Assembly (NCBI GenBank): GCA_963785235.1
Contig: CAWAUM010000010.1
Span: 128,001 to 192,000, forward strand
Length of the DNA stretch: 64,000 bases
Reading direction: 5' to 3'
DNA from: an uncultured delta proteobacterium
Lineage (GTDB): Bacteria > Desulfobacterota > Desulfomonilia > UBA1062
Shown here: positions 41,075 through 53,284 of the stretch, piece by piece
Position numbering within the stretch: position 1 is the stretch's first letter
Layout: each line of letters opens with the position of its first letter
Notes under the pieces: generated by a model
The model's database searches: none
What the model saw: only the letters and a program-made list of their open reading frames with translations
Told to the model about the DNA's origin: nothing
Program-made: the position numbers and the translations under genes

Positions 41075-42377
41075 GGCCCGTGTCATCGGAGGTGGGCTGG
41101 CCGGGGTTGAAGCGGCACATATTCTCGCCAAGGCAGGGGTGCACGTAGACCTGTTCGAGATGCGCCCGGCCAGGGCGACCCCTGCCCATAAGACAGACTT
41201 GCTGGCTGAGCTCGTGTGCAGCAATTCATTCAAGGGTATTGACCCCATGACCGCCCACGGCATTTTAAAGCGTGAAATGCAATCACTGGGCTCCATCATC
41301 CTTACTATTGCCGGCAAGACATGCGTCCCTGCAGGAAAGGCACTGGCCGTTGACCGCACAGCCTTCGCCTCGCAGATTACCGAATATATTACTGCTCAAA
41401 GCCTGATTACCCTTAGGCGTGAAGAAGTAAAAACCATTGAAAGAGATTGCCCCACCATCATTGCCACCGGGCCGCTGACCTCTGATGCGTTGGCCCGGGA
41501 CCTTGCCTGTCTGACAGACAGCAGCCGGTTATTCTTCTATGATGCCATCTCTCCCATTATTGAGGCCGAGAGCATAGACATGGGCCATGCATTTTTCGGG
41601 GCCAGGTGGTCTGATGACAATAGGGACTACCTCAACTGCCCCCTTGATGAGGATCAGTACCGGCTGTTTATGGAAGAGCTCCTGAAGGCGGACAAGGTGG
41701 GCTCCCATGAATTTGAGGATGCCAGGTTCTTCGAGGCATGCCTGCCCATAGAAGTGCTCGCTTCAAGAGGCACGGATGCCTTGCGTTTCGGACCTATGCG
41801 TCCGGTGGGCCTGAAAGACCCCTCAACCCTGAAAAGGCCCTATGCCGTAGTTCAGCTGCGCAAGGAAAATCTCCCGGGCAATGCCTACACCATGGTGGGT
41901 TTTCAGACCCGCCTTACCTACCCGGAGCAGAAGAGGATCATCGGCCTGATCCCGGCGCTTTCATCCGCCAGATACCTGCGGTATGGGAGCATCCACAGGA
42001 ACACCTATCTGGACTCGCCTCGGGTTCTCGGATCAGATTTACGGCTGTTGGGCCTACCAAACACCTATCTTGCGGGCCAGATCATGGGGGTAGAAGGATA
42101 TATGGAATCAGCAGCCACGGGTATCCTGGCCGGCATCTCCCTGCTCGGAAGAATCAAGGGTAAACCATTCCACCCCCCGGGTACCGAGACGGCCATGGGG
42201 GCACTGTTGCACTATATAACCGATTGCCGGATAAAGGTTTTCCAACCTATGAACATCAATTTCGGAATCATGGCCATACCTGATGTACCAAAAAACAGAC
42301 GATCCGAGGCAAGGAGCGAAAGGGCATTCCTGGCATTCAGTCAATGGGAGAATTCTCTCGCAGACACTTTGGGCTGA
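41061..42377 (+). CDS. trmFO: FADH2-oxidizing tRNA (uracil-54) methyltransferase TrmFO
   Basis: GGGLAGVEAA, AELVCSNS, FFYDAISP, FGPMRPVGL, GVEGYMES. Confidence 0.95.
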   Translation: MSFPRARVIGGGLAGVEAAHILAKAGVHVDLFEMRPARATPAHKTDLLAELVCSNSFKGIDPMTAHGILKREMQSLGSIILTIAGKTCVPAGKALAVDRTAFASQITEYITAQSLITLRREEVKTIERDCPTIIATGPLTSDALARDLACLTDSSRLFFYDAISPIIEAESIDMGHAFFGARWSDDNRDYLNCPLDEDQYRLFMEELLKADKVGSHEFEDARFFEACLPIEVLASRGTDALRFGPMRPVGLKDPSTLKRPYAVVQLRKENLPGNAYTMVGFQTRLTYPEQKRIIGLIPALSSARYLRYGSIHRNTYLDSPRVLGSDLRLLGLPNTYLAGQIMGVEGYMESAATGILAGISLLGRIKGKPFHPPGTETAMGALLHYITDCRIKVFQPMNINFGIMAIPDVPKNRRSEARSERAFLAFSQWENSLADTLG

Positions 42378-42411
42378 TCATTTTATGATCTTTAATTTTT
42401 ATTGATGCTTC

Positions 42412-42440
42412 TTGACAGACACATCGATAATCATTACACT
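42412..42440 (+). promoter_or_regulatory. Sigma70 promoter for the cold-shock gene (implies a long 5' UTR of about 150 nt)
   Basis: TTGACA-17 nt-TACACT. Confidence 0.6.
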
Positions 42441-42595
42441 AAGACTGCCTGGACAATGGTCATTATCATATTTAACCGTGGTAAAACCCGCCAAAAGTTT
42501 TCCCCGGATTTTGATAATACCCCTTTTCCAGACATTAACACCAGTGGCTTAAACCCTCTTTCCCGGGGAGCAGGCCCAAAAGAACGGAGGATTGA

Positions 42596-42796
42596 ATGGC
42601 TACAGGAACAGTGAAGTGGTTCAATGAGAAAAAGGGTTTTGGTTTCATCACACAAGATAGCGGCAGCGATGTTTTTGTCCACTATTCAGCAATCAAGGGA
42701 GATGGTTTTAAGACGCTTTCCGAGGGAGATAAGGTTACCTTCGAAGTAACCGACGGACCCAAAGGTCCGCAAGCATCAAACGTAATGAGGCTGTAA
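42596..42796 (+). CDS. Cold-shock protein (CspA family)
   Basis: [22 protein letters not shown]. Confidence 0.97.
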   Translation: MATGTVKWFNEKKGFGFITQDSGSDVFVHYSAIKGDGFKTLSEGDKVTFEVTDGPKGPQASNVMRL

Positions 42797-42803
42797 TCTT
42801 CTT

Positions 42804-42830
42804 ACCGGGGCAGGTCTCTCCTGCCCCGGT
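42804..42830 (+). terminator. Hairpin after csp
   Basis: ACCGGGGCAGG-TCTCT-CCTGCCCCGGT. Confidence 0.7.
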
Positions 42831-42888
42831 TCAATGATATTTCAGCGTACATTAAAAAACCTTGTAGTCCTTTTAGGGCGAGGTGCTC

Positions 42889-44343
42889 ATGATGAAGGTT
42901 ATTCAAGGTTTACATCCGCAGAGTCTCTGGCGCAACTTCTGGGAGATCTCTCAGATACCCCGCGAATCAGGCAACGAATCTAAGGTGTCTGAATATATCC
43001 TCTGCAAGGCCAAGACCCTGGGGATGGACTGCCGGTTAGATGAGACCCACAATGTCATTGTGAGAAAACCAGGCATCACGGGCTTCACCCCTATCGCCTT
43101 ACAAGCGCATACGGATATGGTATGCGAAAAAGACCGGGATACCGAGCATGATTTCAACAACGATCCGATTCTTCTCGTGCGCGATGGATCCTGGATCAGG
43201 GCCGGCCACACTACGCTAGGGGCAGACAACGGCATCGGGGTGGCAGCCATGCTTGCGATTATGGAAGACCCGGCGCTGATCCACCCCCATCTTGATCTTC
43301 TCTTCACCGCAGAGGAAGAAACCGGCCTCACCGGGGCATACAATCTTTCCCGAGGATCATTTTCCGCCCCTGCCCTCATCAATCTTGATTCAGAGGAGGA
43401 GGGAACCTTCTACATCGGGTGCGCCGGAGGCATGGATACGGAGCTCATCCTTGAACCTGATTTCACGACAGTTCCTGAAAATACCGTCCCTGTGGGGGTA
43501 AAGATAACCGGACTCAGGGGCGGTCATTCAGGCGTTGATATTCACCAGGGGCTGGCAAATGCAATTAAGCTGCTCAACCGCTTCCTCCATGCCACCTATG
43601 AAGCATATGGATTTCACCTTGTATCCATCAGGGGGGGCAACAAGCATAACGCCATCCCTCGCGAGGCCGAAGCGGTAATTCATATTTCAAGACCCGACAT
43701 TGACGCACTGAAGAGGGAAGCGGTTCATTGGAACAATATCTTCAGATCCGAGTTCAGTCTTATTGATGATGGGGTTACACTCACGCTTGAGGAGTTGGAC
43801 CAAAGCACCCACAGAGTAATCGAACCCGAGGATACGGCAAAGATACTAAACCTCCTCCAGGCCATTCCCCATGGGCCCTTAAAGATCGACCCGAAGCTGG
43901 ACAACACCGTGGTCACTTCAACAAATTTAGCGGTCTGTTCATTCAAACTCGACAATTTCGTGGTTACCACCAGCCAGAGGAGCATCACCCAGAGCGCGCT
44001 GCACGACATGGCCTCGCAAGTGGCCTCTGTGGGCGAGTTGGCAGGCTGCCGTGTCAATAAAGGCAATTCCTACCCTGCATGGAAGCCGGACCTTTCTTCT
44101 CCCCTTCTAAAGAAGTGCACAGGTCTCTATCATGAGCTCTTACACAAGGAGCCCATGGTGAAAATAATCCACGCCGGATTAGAGTGTGCAGTAATCGGTG
44201 AACGGATTAAAGGACTCGATATGATATCGTTCGGCCCCACCATCGAGCAGCCTCACTCACCCAATGAACGTGTGAATATTGATAGCGTGGAACGATTCTG
44301 GCATTATCTGCTGGCGCTGTTGAGGCAATTGGCGGGGAAGTGA
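42889..44343 (+). CDS. pepD: Aminoacyl-histidine dipeptidase (peptidase M20C)
   Basis: LQAHTDMVCEK, TLGADNGIG, EEETG, NLDSEE, IHAGLEC, HSPNE. Confidence 0.95.
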   Translation: MMKVIQGLHPQSLWRNFWEISQIPRESGNESKVSEYILCKAKTLGMDCRLDETHNVIVRKPGITGFTPIALQAHTDMVCEKDRDTEHDFNNDPILLVRDGSWIRAGHTTLGADNGIGVAAMLAIMEDPALIHPHLDLLFTAEEETGLTGAYNLSRGSFSAPALINLDSEEEGTFYIGCAGGMDTELILEPDFTTVPENTVPVGVKITGLRGGHSGVDIHQGLANAIKLLNRFLHATYEAYGFHLVSIRGGNKHNAIPREAEAVIHISRPDIDALKREAVHWNNIFRSEFSLIDDGVTLTLEELDQSTHRVIEPEDTAKILNLLQAIPHGPLKIDPKLDNTVVTSTNLAVCSFKLDNFVVTTSQRSITQSALHDMASQVASVGELAGCRVNKGNSYPAWKPDLSSPLLKKCTGLYHELLHKEPMVKIIHAGLECAVIGERIKGLDMISFGPTIEQPHSPNERVNIDSVERFWHYLLALLRQLAGK

Positions 44344-44478
44344 ACAGTTCTTGTTTTTTTTAACCTGTTGCTCGTCAATTACTGTTTTAAGAACCCTGTC
44401 TACACCTCGATACAGCTTTTTTGACTTGGCAAGAAAAATATATTCTGTAATATCTTACGTAAGACACAGGAGGGTTTT

Positions 44479-45639
44479 ATGTATAAAATAGATCTGCTCA
44501 ATAACATCTCAGAAAAGGGCTTAAGTCTGTTCACGGAAAAATATGAGTGCCGCGCCGATATTTCTGAACCGGACGGTATCCTGGTACGGAGCAAGGAAAT
44601 GAAAGACATGAGCTTGCCCGGCAGCGTTAAAGCCATTGCCCGGGCCGGTGCCGGGGTCAACAATATCCCCATCGACAAATGTTCGGAAAAAGGCATAGTC
44701 GTTTTTAATACCCCGGGTGCAAACGCAAATGGGGTAAAGGAACTGGTCATCTTAGGCCTGTTACTGTCCTCACGGAAAGTGACGGAAGGAATCTCCTGGG
44801 CCAGAGGGCTGGTGGGTGAAGGCGACAAGGTGCCTGAACTTATCGAAAAGGGAAAATCCAAGTTCGGTGGAACGGAAATACTGGGCAAGAAGATGGGGGT
44901 AGTCGGACTGGGCGCGATTGGCATCATGGTGGCTAACGCCGCCGAATCGCTCGGCATGGAAGTGTGCGGATATGATCCGTATCTGTCCATTGACGCCGCA
45001 TGGAGACTGTCTCGCAATATAAAGAGGTCGGCAAGCCTGGACCGCTTGTTGGCTGAGTGTGATTACATTTCGCTGCATGTCCCTCTTAACAAGGACACGA
45101 GGGGATTCATGAATGCCGAAAAATTTGCGGTCATGAACAACGGGGCAAAGCTCTTGAACTTCTCCCGAAGGGAACTGGTGAATTCAACTGATTTACAGAA
45201 AGCCATTACCGATGGTATCGTGAGCTGCTACGTGACAGATTTCCCCGATGAAGAACTTATAAAAATGGATAAGTGCATAGCCATCCCTCATCTGGGGGCG
45301 TCGACCGAAGAGTCTGAAGAAAACTGCGCTATTATGGCGGCTCTGCAGCTCATGGATTTCCTGGAGAATGGGAATATCAAGAATTCCGTCAACTTCCCGG
45401 AGTGTTTTCTCGACAGGTCGAGCAATCAGAGATTCACCATCTCCAACCAGAACTCGCCGGGCATGATTGAGAAAATCACACACCTGTTCGCCGATAACAA
45501 GATCAACATCGCCGACATGCTCAACAAAAGCAAAGGTAATATTGCCTATAATATTATTGATATCGATACCGATATTAACGACGATCTGATAAAAAAAATC
45601 GGATCCGTCGAAGGCGTAATCGGGGTCAGGGTACTTTAA
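44479..45639 (+). CDS. serA: D-3-phosphoglycerate dehydrogenase, short type with ACT domain
   Basis: IARAGAGVNNIP, NTPGANAN, GLGAIG, PHLGASTEESE, C-terminal ACT. Confidence 0.88.
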   Translation: MYKIDLLNNISEKGLSLFTEKYECRADISEPDGILVRSKEMKDMSLPGSVKAIARAGAGVNNIPIDKCSEKGIVVFNTPGANANGVKELVILGLLLSSRKVTEGISWARGLVGEGDKVPELIEKGKSKFGGTEILGKKMGVVGLGAIGIMVANAAESLGMEVCGYDPYLSIDAAWRLSRNIKRSASLDRLLAECDYISLHVPLNKDTRGFMNAEKFAVMNNGAKLLNFSRRELVNSTDLQKAITDGIVSCYVTDFPDEELIKMDKCIAIPHLGASTEESEENCAIMAALQLMDFLENGNIKNSVNFPECFLDRSSNQRFTISNQNSPGMIEKITHLFADNKINIADMLNKSKGNIAYNIIDIDTDINDDLIKKIGSVEGVIGVRVL

Positions 45640-45672
45640 AAAAAGCACCTTAAAAATTTTTACGTTTAAGCA

Positions 45673-45710
45673 AGAGTGCCCGGTGTAGATCAGCCGGACA
45701 CTCTGCTTTT
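45673..45710 (+). terminator. Intrinsic terminator after serA
   Basis: AGAGTGCCCGG ... CCGGACACTCT followed by GCTTTT. Confidence 0.6.
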
Positions 45711-45828
45711 GAGATTGGCTCAGAGAATCTATATTGCTCATCACCCTTCTTTCCTCTCTTGTGGTTGACACCTCAAGAACCATTTGTTAAAAGTGCTCCG
45801 AACCTATAATTCCGGCTAAGGAGGGACC

Positions 45829-46119
45829 TTGAAGATATTGATAAGCGATAAGCTATCTGATAGGGGAGTTGAAATCCTTAAGAACGGTGGTTGTACGGTT
45901 GATGTGAAGACCGGCTTGAACCCCAAAGGGCTCATGGGAACCGCAGGCATGACACTCGGTGAGGCTGGCATTAACATCGCGCGGTTGTTCCTGGGCAGGG
46001 ACCGCCAGGAAGGCACCGCCACTACTATTATTAGGGTTGGTGCCGAAGTACCGAAGAAGGTCATTGAGAAGATCAGAAAGGTGGGGAATGCCTTTTCCCC
46101 TCAAGAGGTCTTCATATAG
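45829..46119 (+). pseudogene. Internally deleted remnant of a long-type phosphoglycerate dehydrogenase
   Basis: TAAGGAGG RBS + TTG; N-terminus MKILISDKLSDRGVEIL..VDVKTGL joined in frame to ACT-like LGEAGINIARLFLGRD. Confidence 0.75.
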
Positions 46120-47436
<1,317 letters not shown>

Positions 47437-47458
47437 CCGGGCCTTTAGGCTCTTACCC

Positions 47459-47659
47459 TCAGGAATGACCTTTCGAAGAACACGACGATGTGGTTGCGCA
47501 TGTACCGCAGCCCCCTTTGCCGGATGCGGTTATTGACATCTTCTTTCTTACCTTAACGCTTTTACATGTGGGGCACGCAGGATTATCCTTTGCACTCATA
47601 GGCACAAGAACCTCGAAATCTTTACCGCATTTTTTGCATTCATACTCATATATGGGCAT
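47459..47659 (-). CDS. FmdB family zinc-ribbon protein
   Basis: MPIYEYECKKCG...CPTC. Confidence 0.88.
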   Translation of the reverse strand: MPIYEYECKKCGKDFEVLVPMSAKDNPACPTCKSVKVRKKMSITASGKGGCGTCATTSSCSSKGHS

Positions 47660-47856
47660 ATCTCTACCTCAGGTCAGCTGTTGTGTTTCTTGATCCTTAG
47701 GTAGTTCTCCTGGTGTCCCTTGTCAAGTTATTAGAAAAATATGAGGTTGTCTGTCCTGACACTTCTTGGATTCAAACCAGCCAATGTTATCGGTGAAATA
47801 AAAAAGCTGAGGTGAAAATATGAACTCACCTCCTCTTCTTGTGGATAGTGTTTGTA

Positions 47857-48525
47857 TTACAAGACTTTTTTGTGCAACACGACATAACGGTGCCCGGAGA
47901 AAAATCTGGAGAGTGGTATTGAGCGGAATACTTCAAATCCCATTTCCTGCGCTATTTGATTTATTTCAGATTCTTTCAGCGTCCATTTGGATCTTTTCCC
48001 ATTGAATACCCTGCGTATCTCACGCCAGATATTCTTAATGGAATAGTAATCAAAATAGGTGAAAATAACCCATTGTCTGCTGATCCGCAGGAGTTCATGC
48101 ACATAGGTGAGACGTTCAGAATATTCCCGGATGTGATGGCAGAGACGGATCGAGAGAACGAGGTCAAATGACTGATCAGCAAAAGGCATATAAAGTGCAT
48201 TTGTACGTATATATGCATCTGCCTCCTTTAGAGAGGGATTTGCACGCTGGTTCTCCTGGGCAATCTTTAATAAAGGAAAGCTCCAATCAGCTTCAAAAAC
48301 CCGTGGGGCATGTTTCCTCAATATAGGCATGAGCCTGCCGTAACCACAGGGAAGATCAAGAGCCGTGCTTATATGTGTCTTCGATGCAATCTCTGTGATC
48401 AATTTTTGTGCAACTCGGGTTTCATTCCAGTTACCTACACGTTCGGTCCATTTCCTCTCGAATTTTGTTGTGTAGCTTCTGGCTCCATTCTCACTGTTGT
48501 AATGGTTGAGTATCTCTTTATCCAT
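47857..48525 (-). CDS. Class I SAM-dependent methyltransferase
   Basis: LDLPCGYGR, MPFADQSFDLV, RLCHH. Confidence 0.85.
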   Translation of the reverse strand: MDKEILNHYNSENGARSYTTKFERKWTERVGNWNETRVAQKLITEIASKTHISTALDLPCGYGRLMPILRKHAPRVFEADWSFPLLKIAQENQRANPSLKEADAYIRTNALYMPFADQSFDLVLSIRLCHHIREYSERLTYVHELLRISRQWVIFTYFDYYSIKNIWREIRRVFNGKRSKWTLKESEINQIAQEMGFEVFRSIPLSRFFSGHRYVVLHKKVL

Positions 48526-48542
48526 AATGCAACACTACCATC

Positions 48543-49430
48543 CTATTTTTTTTTATCAAATAAATAAGTAACCAACGCAGTTGAATAACTGGCAACCTTA
48601 GAGAACCAGCCTAGTTTATCACTAGCTCTCATGAAATATATCAATCGCTGTCGCAGGTCTTCAGAGTATTTACCCAGCGGGTCCGGGAGATATGTTTTGA
48701 AAAAGAGATCAATGGCAGATTGATCTCTGAGGTGAATGAAACCACCAAGCACTGTAGACAAATCCTTCAATTGGCCCCAGTTTGCTAGAGGCCCGGACAG
48801 AAATCTTGCGTATGGCTGGTCAAGAAAGAGAATGCTGGGATTGCAAAGGTCTGGCTCATGAATAAGAATATTTCTTGTATTGGGTCGTAGCAGAAAGAAT
48901 TTATTTGAATGCATCTGTCTGAAGTAGTAACCCAGCTTCTTCAAAATTTGGGCCACCGATTCATCGAAATGTGCTTCAGCAGATGTTTTTACCAGCCAGA
49001 AACGAAGGTCATTTGTATCCTTTGCCTTGGCCGTAATGATAAAACAGCTTTTAACTCCACCCACCCTGTCCCATCGAACACCCCATCCTGCAGCCTTTAT
49101 GCAAGGGATATTCTGCTGCTCTAAATAACTAAAGGTGAGGTATTCCCGTTTTGCCTTGGGCATAATACCTATTGTCCTAATTCTGGACAGACCGGGGTAT
49201 AAATAATGTTTGAAAAAGAAATCTTCATTCAGGGTGTTCCACAGACGTATCTGTGTACGTTTTTCATTCTTGATTGACATTCCTTGCTTTTCCACTAAAT
49301 AGTCATACAGCACTGAGGTATCTGAGCAAGGGGATATCATGTCCAGGTAAGGTTTTCGAATGACCAATTTAAAGCCATTCCTGAAATCACCCGCTTCCCA
49401 TTCATCTGAATATATAAATGATTTTGGCAC
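48543..49430 (-). CDS. Lipopolysaccharide kinase-like (Kdo/WaaP/InaA family) protein
   Basis: FFKHY, AKRE, MH....RNIL, FLD; catalytic loop divergent. Confidence 0.65.
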   Translation of the reverse strand: MPKSFIYSDEWEAGDFRNGFKLVIRKPYLDMISPCSDTSVLYDYLVEKQGMSIKNEKRTQIRLWNTLNEDFFFKHYLYPGLSRIRTIGIMPKAKREYLTFSYLEQQNIPCIKAAGWGVRWDRVGGVKSCFIITAKAKDTNDLRFWLVKTSAEAHFDESVAQILKKLGYYFRQMHSNKFFLLRPNTRNILIHEPDLCNPSILFLDQPYARFLSGPLANWGQLKDLSTVLGGFIHLRDQSAIDLFFKTYLPDPLGKYSEDLRQRLIYFMRASDKLGWFSKVASYSTALVTYLFDKKK

Positions 49431-49610
49431 AATGCATGTTTATACGTAATACTGAGATTAGGCAAGTCAGATCTGTGTCTGAAGGAGAAAGCACAATGAA
49501 AGAAAGACATCAATTTGCAGCACCCTGCGGGCTTTACTAAACATAACCTATCGTGTCAGATCAAATTCAATGCGCATTCAATGTTGTTTGATTATATACC
49601 GGTTATTACA

Positions 49611-50657
49611 TCAGCCGTGCCCCTGTGCTATCGAGCTTACATCTTCAACAAACATCCGAATGTCTTCCTCCGTGGTGTCCCAGGAGCACATGAGCCTCAC
49701 CCCGCCTTCCCCTATGAAGGTATAGAACCGCCAGCCCATGTCATGGAGCCCGTTGATCATGGTCAAAGGCATCTCCACAAAGACAGAGTTGGCCTCCACC
49801 GGGAACATGATACTCATTCCTCTGATCTTCCTGATCTCATCATGCAGGATCCGGGCGCATCGGTTTGCATGTTCGGCATTTTTCAGCCACACCCCATCAC
49901 TCAAGAGCCCTATCCATGGGGCTGAAAGAAATCGCATCTTGCTGGCAAGCTGGCCTGCCTGCTTGCAGCGGTAATCGAACTCAGCAGCCAGCTGCCTGTC
50001 GAAAAAAACAACCGCCTCCCCTGCTGCAATGCCGTTTTTCACCCCACCGAAGCAGAGCACATCCACCCCTGCCTTCCAGGTGAGGTCCTTGGGGGCTACC
50101 TTCAGAGTTGCCAGGGCATTGGCAAGCCGGGCCCCATCCATATGGAGGCGCAATCCCAGGCGCTTCGCCAACTCGCCCAGGGCACGAAGCTCATCTACGC
50201 TATAGACCGTACCCACCTCGGTAGCCTGGGTGATGCTGATAACTTTTGGCTTGGGATAGTGAATATCCGTCCTCTTCAGTGCAACCTCTTCCAGCTCTTT
50301 GAGTGAAAGCTTGCCGCCGGGGCCGCCTGCCAGGAGGATCTTGGTCCCATTGGAAAAGAACTCGGGCGCGCCGCACTCATCGGTCTCGATGTGCGCAAGC
50401 CGCTGGCAAATGATGCTATGGTATGATTGGCACAAAGATGCCAAAGCAAGTGAATTTGCGGCAGTGCCATTGAAGACGAAGAACACGTCGCAATCCGTCT
50501 CGAAGAAGTCCCTCATCATGTTGCAGGCCCTGCTCGTGTATTCGTCTTCGCCATAAGGGATGCTGTGGGCTGCATTCGCACGGGAAAGGGCTTCAAAGGC
50601 CTCAGGACAGATACCCGAGTAATTATCGCTGGCAAATTGGCGTCTCATCCTTTCCAT
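49611..50657 (-). CDS. ltaE: Low-specificity L-threonine aldolase
   Basis: FASDNYSG, FNGTAAN, HMDGAR, FGGVKNG, QLASKMRF. Confidence 0.92.
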   Translation of the reverse strand: MERMRRQFASDNYSGICPEAFEALSRANAAHSIPYGEDEYTSRACNMMRDFFETDCDVFFVFNGTAANSLALASLCQSYHSIICQRLAHIETDECGAPEFFSNGTKILLAGGPGGKLSLKELEEVALKRTDIHYPKPKVISITQATEVGTVYSVDELRALGELAKRLGLRLHMDGARLANALATLKVAPKDLTWKAGVDVLCFGGVKNGIAAGEAVVFFDRQLAAEFDYRCKQAGQLASKMRFLSAPWIGLLSDGVWLKNAEHANRCARILHDEIRKIRGMSIMFPVEANSVFVEMPLTMINGLHDMGWRFYTFIGEGGVRLMCSWDTTEEDIRMFVEDVSSIAQGHG

Positions 50658-50679
50658 AAATCGGCCCCCTTCCCCCTTT

Positions 50680-52171
50680 TTATTTTGTGGCCAGGGATCT
50701 TACAAACTGCGCATATTGAGAGACGTGGCTCAGCGCCCTCAAGGCATTACCCAGATCGCTGAACACCGGTATGTCCCTTTCGAGAAAGACCTGCCGGGTC
50801 TCCCTGATAAGATCTGTTATATCAAGAGAATCGTTGCCCTGTTTGAACTCGGGCATTACAAGGATGATAGGCTTGCCGGTCGAGATCCATCGCATCCCTC
50901 ATGGCAGTGCTGAGCTCCCTGTACGGGGCAATCTCCTTGACCGAGTCAACACCCAGCCCCATGGCAACAGCCTTGAAATGATGCAGGAGCTGGATGAGCA
51001 CCTGGACATCAATGCGGGGGTCACTGCCGGCCAGCTTGAACACCTGCCGGTATGCATCAGGGCCCACAAAGGGATTGGCGGCATCAATGGGGTTTCTGGC
51101 ACTGGACCCCGGCCTGGGGAGTGATTCAAGAATTTTCTCGCTCAAGGCATCATCAAATCTGGGCATGTCGATCCCATAGCGTTCAGCCAGATCACCGGCA
51201 CTCACGCCCAGTGCCCCGCCGCCGCCTGCCACGCTGACGCCATGGTAATTCATTATGGGCAGCATGGAAAAGGCAAGGCAGGTCTGGGCAAGCTCCCACA
51301 GGTCACCCACCTGAATGGCGCCTGCCTGACGCAGCGCAGACTCCCAGATCACCTTGCTCCCGCCCATGGAGGCCGTGTGACTGGCAACGGCCCTGCCCCC
51401 TGCCTCTGACAGGCCGCCCTTATTGATGATCACGGGTTTTCGGGCCGTTACCTGCCTGAGGACCCTGAAGAACTCGCGTCCGTCCTTTACCCCTTCCATA
51501 TACATGGCAATAACCTTGGTCTCCGGGTCGCGGCCCAGGTACTCCAGGAGCTCGGTCTCCCGCAGGTCGGCACCATTGCCGAAACTGATGACCTTGGAGA
51601 ATTTCACCCCCATCCACTTGCCGATGTGTGCGAAATCTATGGACATGCCCCCGCTCTGGGAGATAAAGGCTACATTTCCGCTCTCCCGGGAGAGGTCCGG
51701 GCCGGGCAGCAGGGTAAGCCCGCTTGCCGGGCAGTAGATGCCGAAGCAGTTGGGACCGATCACGCGTATCCCTTTTGCTGCGATAGTGCGGACCTCATCT
51801 TCCAGTGCCTCGCCCACGGTTGTTCCGGACTCGGAAAACCCGGCAGAGAGGATCTCGGCGCCTGCAATACCAAAAGTCCTGCATTTTTCCAGGGTTTGCG
51901 GTACATGCTCCGCAGGAACGGCGATGATGGCAAAATCAACCGGGTACGGGATTTCATCAAGGCTCCTGTACAGCTCTCTGCCATTGATCCGGCCGCCATT
52001 GGGGTTTACCGGAAAGATCCCGCCGGCAAATCCTATGGCGGTAAGTGCGCTCATGATGCCGCTGCCGAAACCGGCTCCCTTTGGGGAGACACCTATGATG
52101 GCGATATTTGCGGGATGGAAGATACGATCAAACACATCGTCGTTGCGGGTTTGCTCAATTATGCTCTCCAT
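50680..52171 (-). CDS. NDP-forming acyl-CoA synthetase alpha-type subunit (frameshift near 50880)
   Basis: IAIIGVS, GPNCFG, FISQSGG, VISFGNG, AVASHT; C-terminal GKPIILVM..IPVF in another frame. Confidence 0.85.
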
Positions 52172-52336
52172 GGTTACCCCTCGTTCTGAACATGATGATT
52201 AGTAAAAATAAGTTGATCTCATTCTTTCTGTTTCCTTCAGTTTTGTCAATGCAGACAGGATTGTAGCACAACCCCTTTACAGGTCGGTCCGGCAACATTA
52301 TACTTGGAGGCAAATCAAAGTGAATGGCAGGGGACT

Positions 52337-53245
52337 ATGCCCAAAGAAAATACCCATCTCAACTTTGCCTATGGGCTCCTTGAGGAATTCCAGGGCCACG
52401 ATATTCTCAAAGATGTCTCTGAGAATATCCGGCACTATCTCCTGGGCTCCATCACCCCGGATACGTTCTATTATGGGAGCAGTGCATCCCTCAGGCGCAT
52501 CTCGGAATCCTTCCACGGCAAAGACGGCAACCCGACCAACAAAACCATTGTGCAGGTGCTTGACAGTGCACGGGACAAGAAAGATATTTCGTTCATACTG
52601 GGATTTATCTCCCACTGCGCCCTGGACATCACCTTTCACCCGGTTATCTACTATCTTTCCGGCAACTACTATGATGAATCCCCCCAGAAAAGGGCCCGGG
52701 CCGTATACCTGCACCGCCACCTGGAGACCTGCCTCGACCTGGATATCAAAAATTCCATGCGCCTGCACAGACTCATCAGGGTAAAATACCTTGAGGGACT
52801 TGTCTTTGAAGAGATTATCTCTCAAACATTCAAGGTGCCGGTAATAAGCCTGAGGCATTCCCTGAGGAGACAGATTATTTTCAATGTGCTCTTTACCATC
52901 AATGCAATCTACCACCTTGCCAGGCTGGCCTCAAAGAGCGGCCTTTTTAAGGACGTCTCGCAACTGGGTCTCTTCTATGGCGATGCGGGACACGATGAGC
53001 AATTACCATCTATCTTAGAAGTTGCCGACCTTATTGATGGCCGCCAATGGACTACCACTATCAACGAGCTCTTTTCCAATGCACGCACCTTGGCTAAATC
53101 CATGATGGAAGCAGCCTATGGCTACTGGATGAAATCACTGACCCGCGATGAAATGCTTCGCGCAATACCCGGATTAAGCCTCGATACAGGCAGGCTCGGC
53201 GTGAGCGCCTCGAGTATCCGACACACAAGGGAGACAGCCGCCTGA
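52337..53245 (+). CDS. Zinc-dependent phospholipase C family protein
   Basis: MP..TH, LGSITPDTFYY, GFISHCALDITFHP, HRHLE. Confidence 0.75.
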   Translation: MPKENTHLNFAYGLLEEFQGHDILKDVSENIRHYLLGSITPDTFYYGSSASLRRISESFHGKDGNPTNKTIVQVLDSARDKKDISFILGFISHCALDITFHPVIYYLSGNYYDESPQKRARAVYLHRHLETCLDLDIKNSMRLHRLIRVKYLEGLVFEEIISQTFKVPVISLRHSLRRQIIFNVLFTINAIYHLARLASKSGLFKDVSQLGLFYGDAGHDEQLPSILEVADLIDGRQWTTTINELFSNARTLAKSMMEAAYGYWMKSLTRDEMLRAIPGLSLDTGRLGVSASSIRHTRETAA

Positions 53246-53284
53246 AGGAGGGCTACTATCTTCATCCGGCTGACAGGTTTAAGA

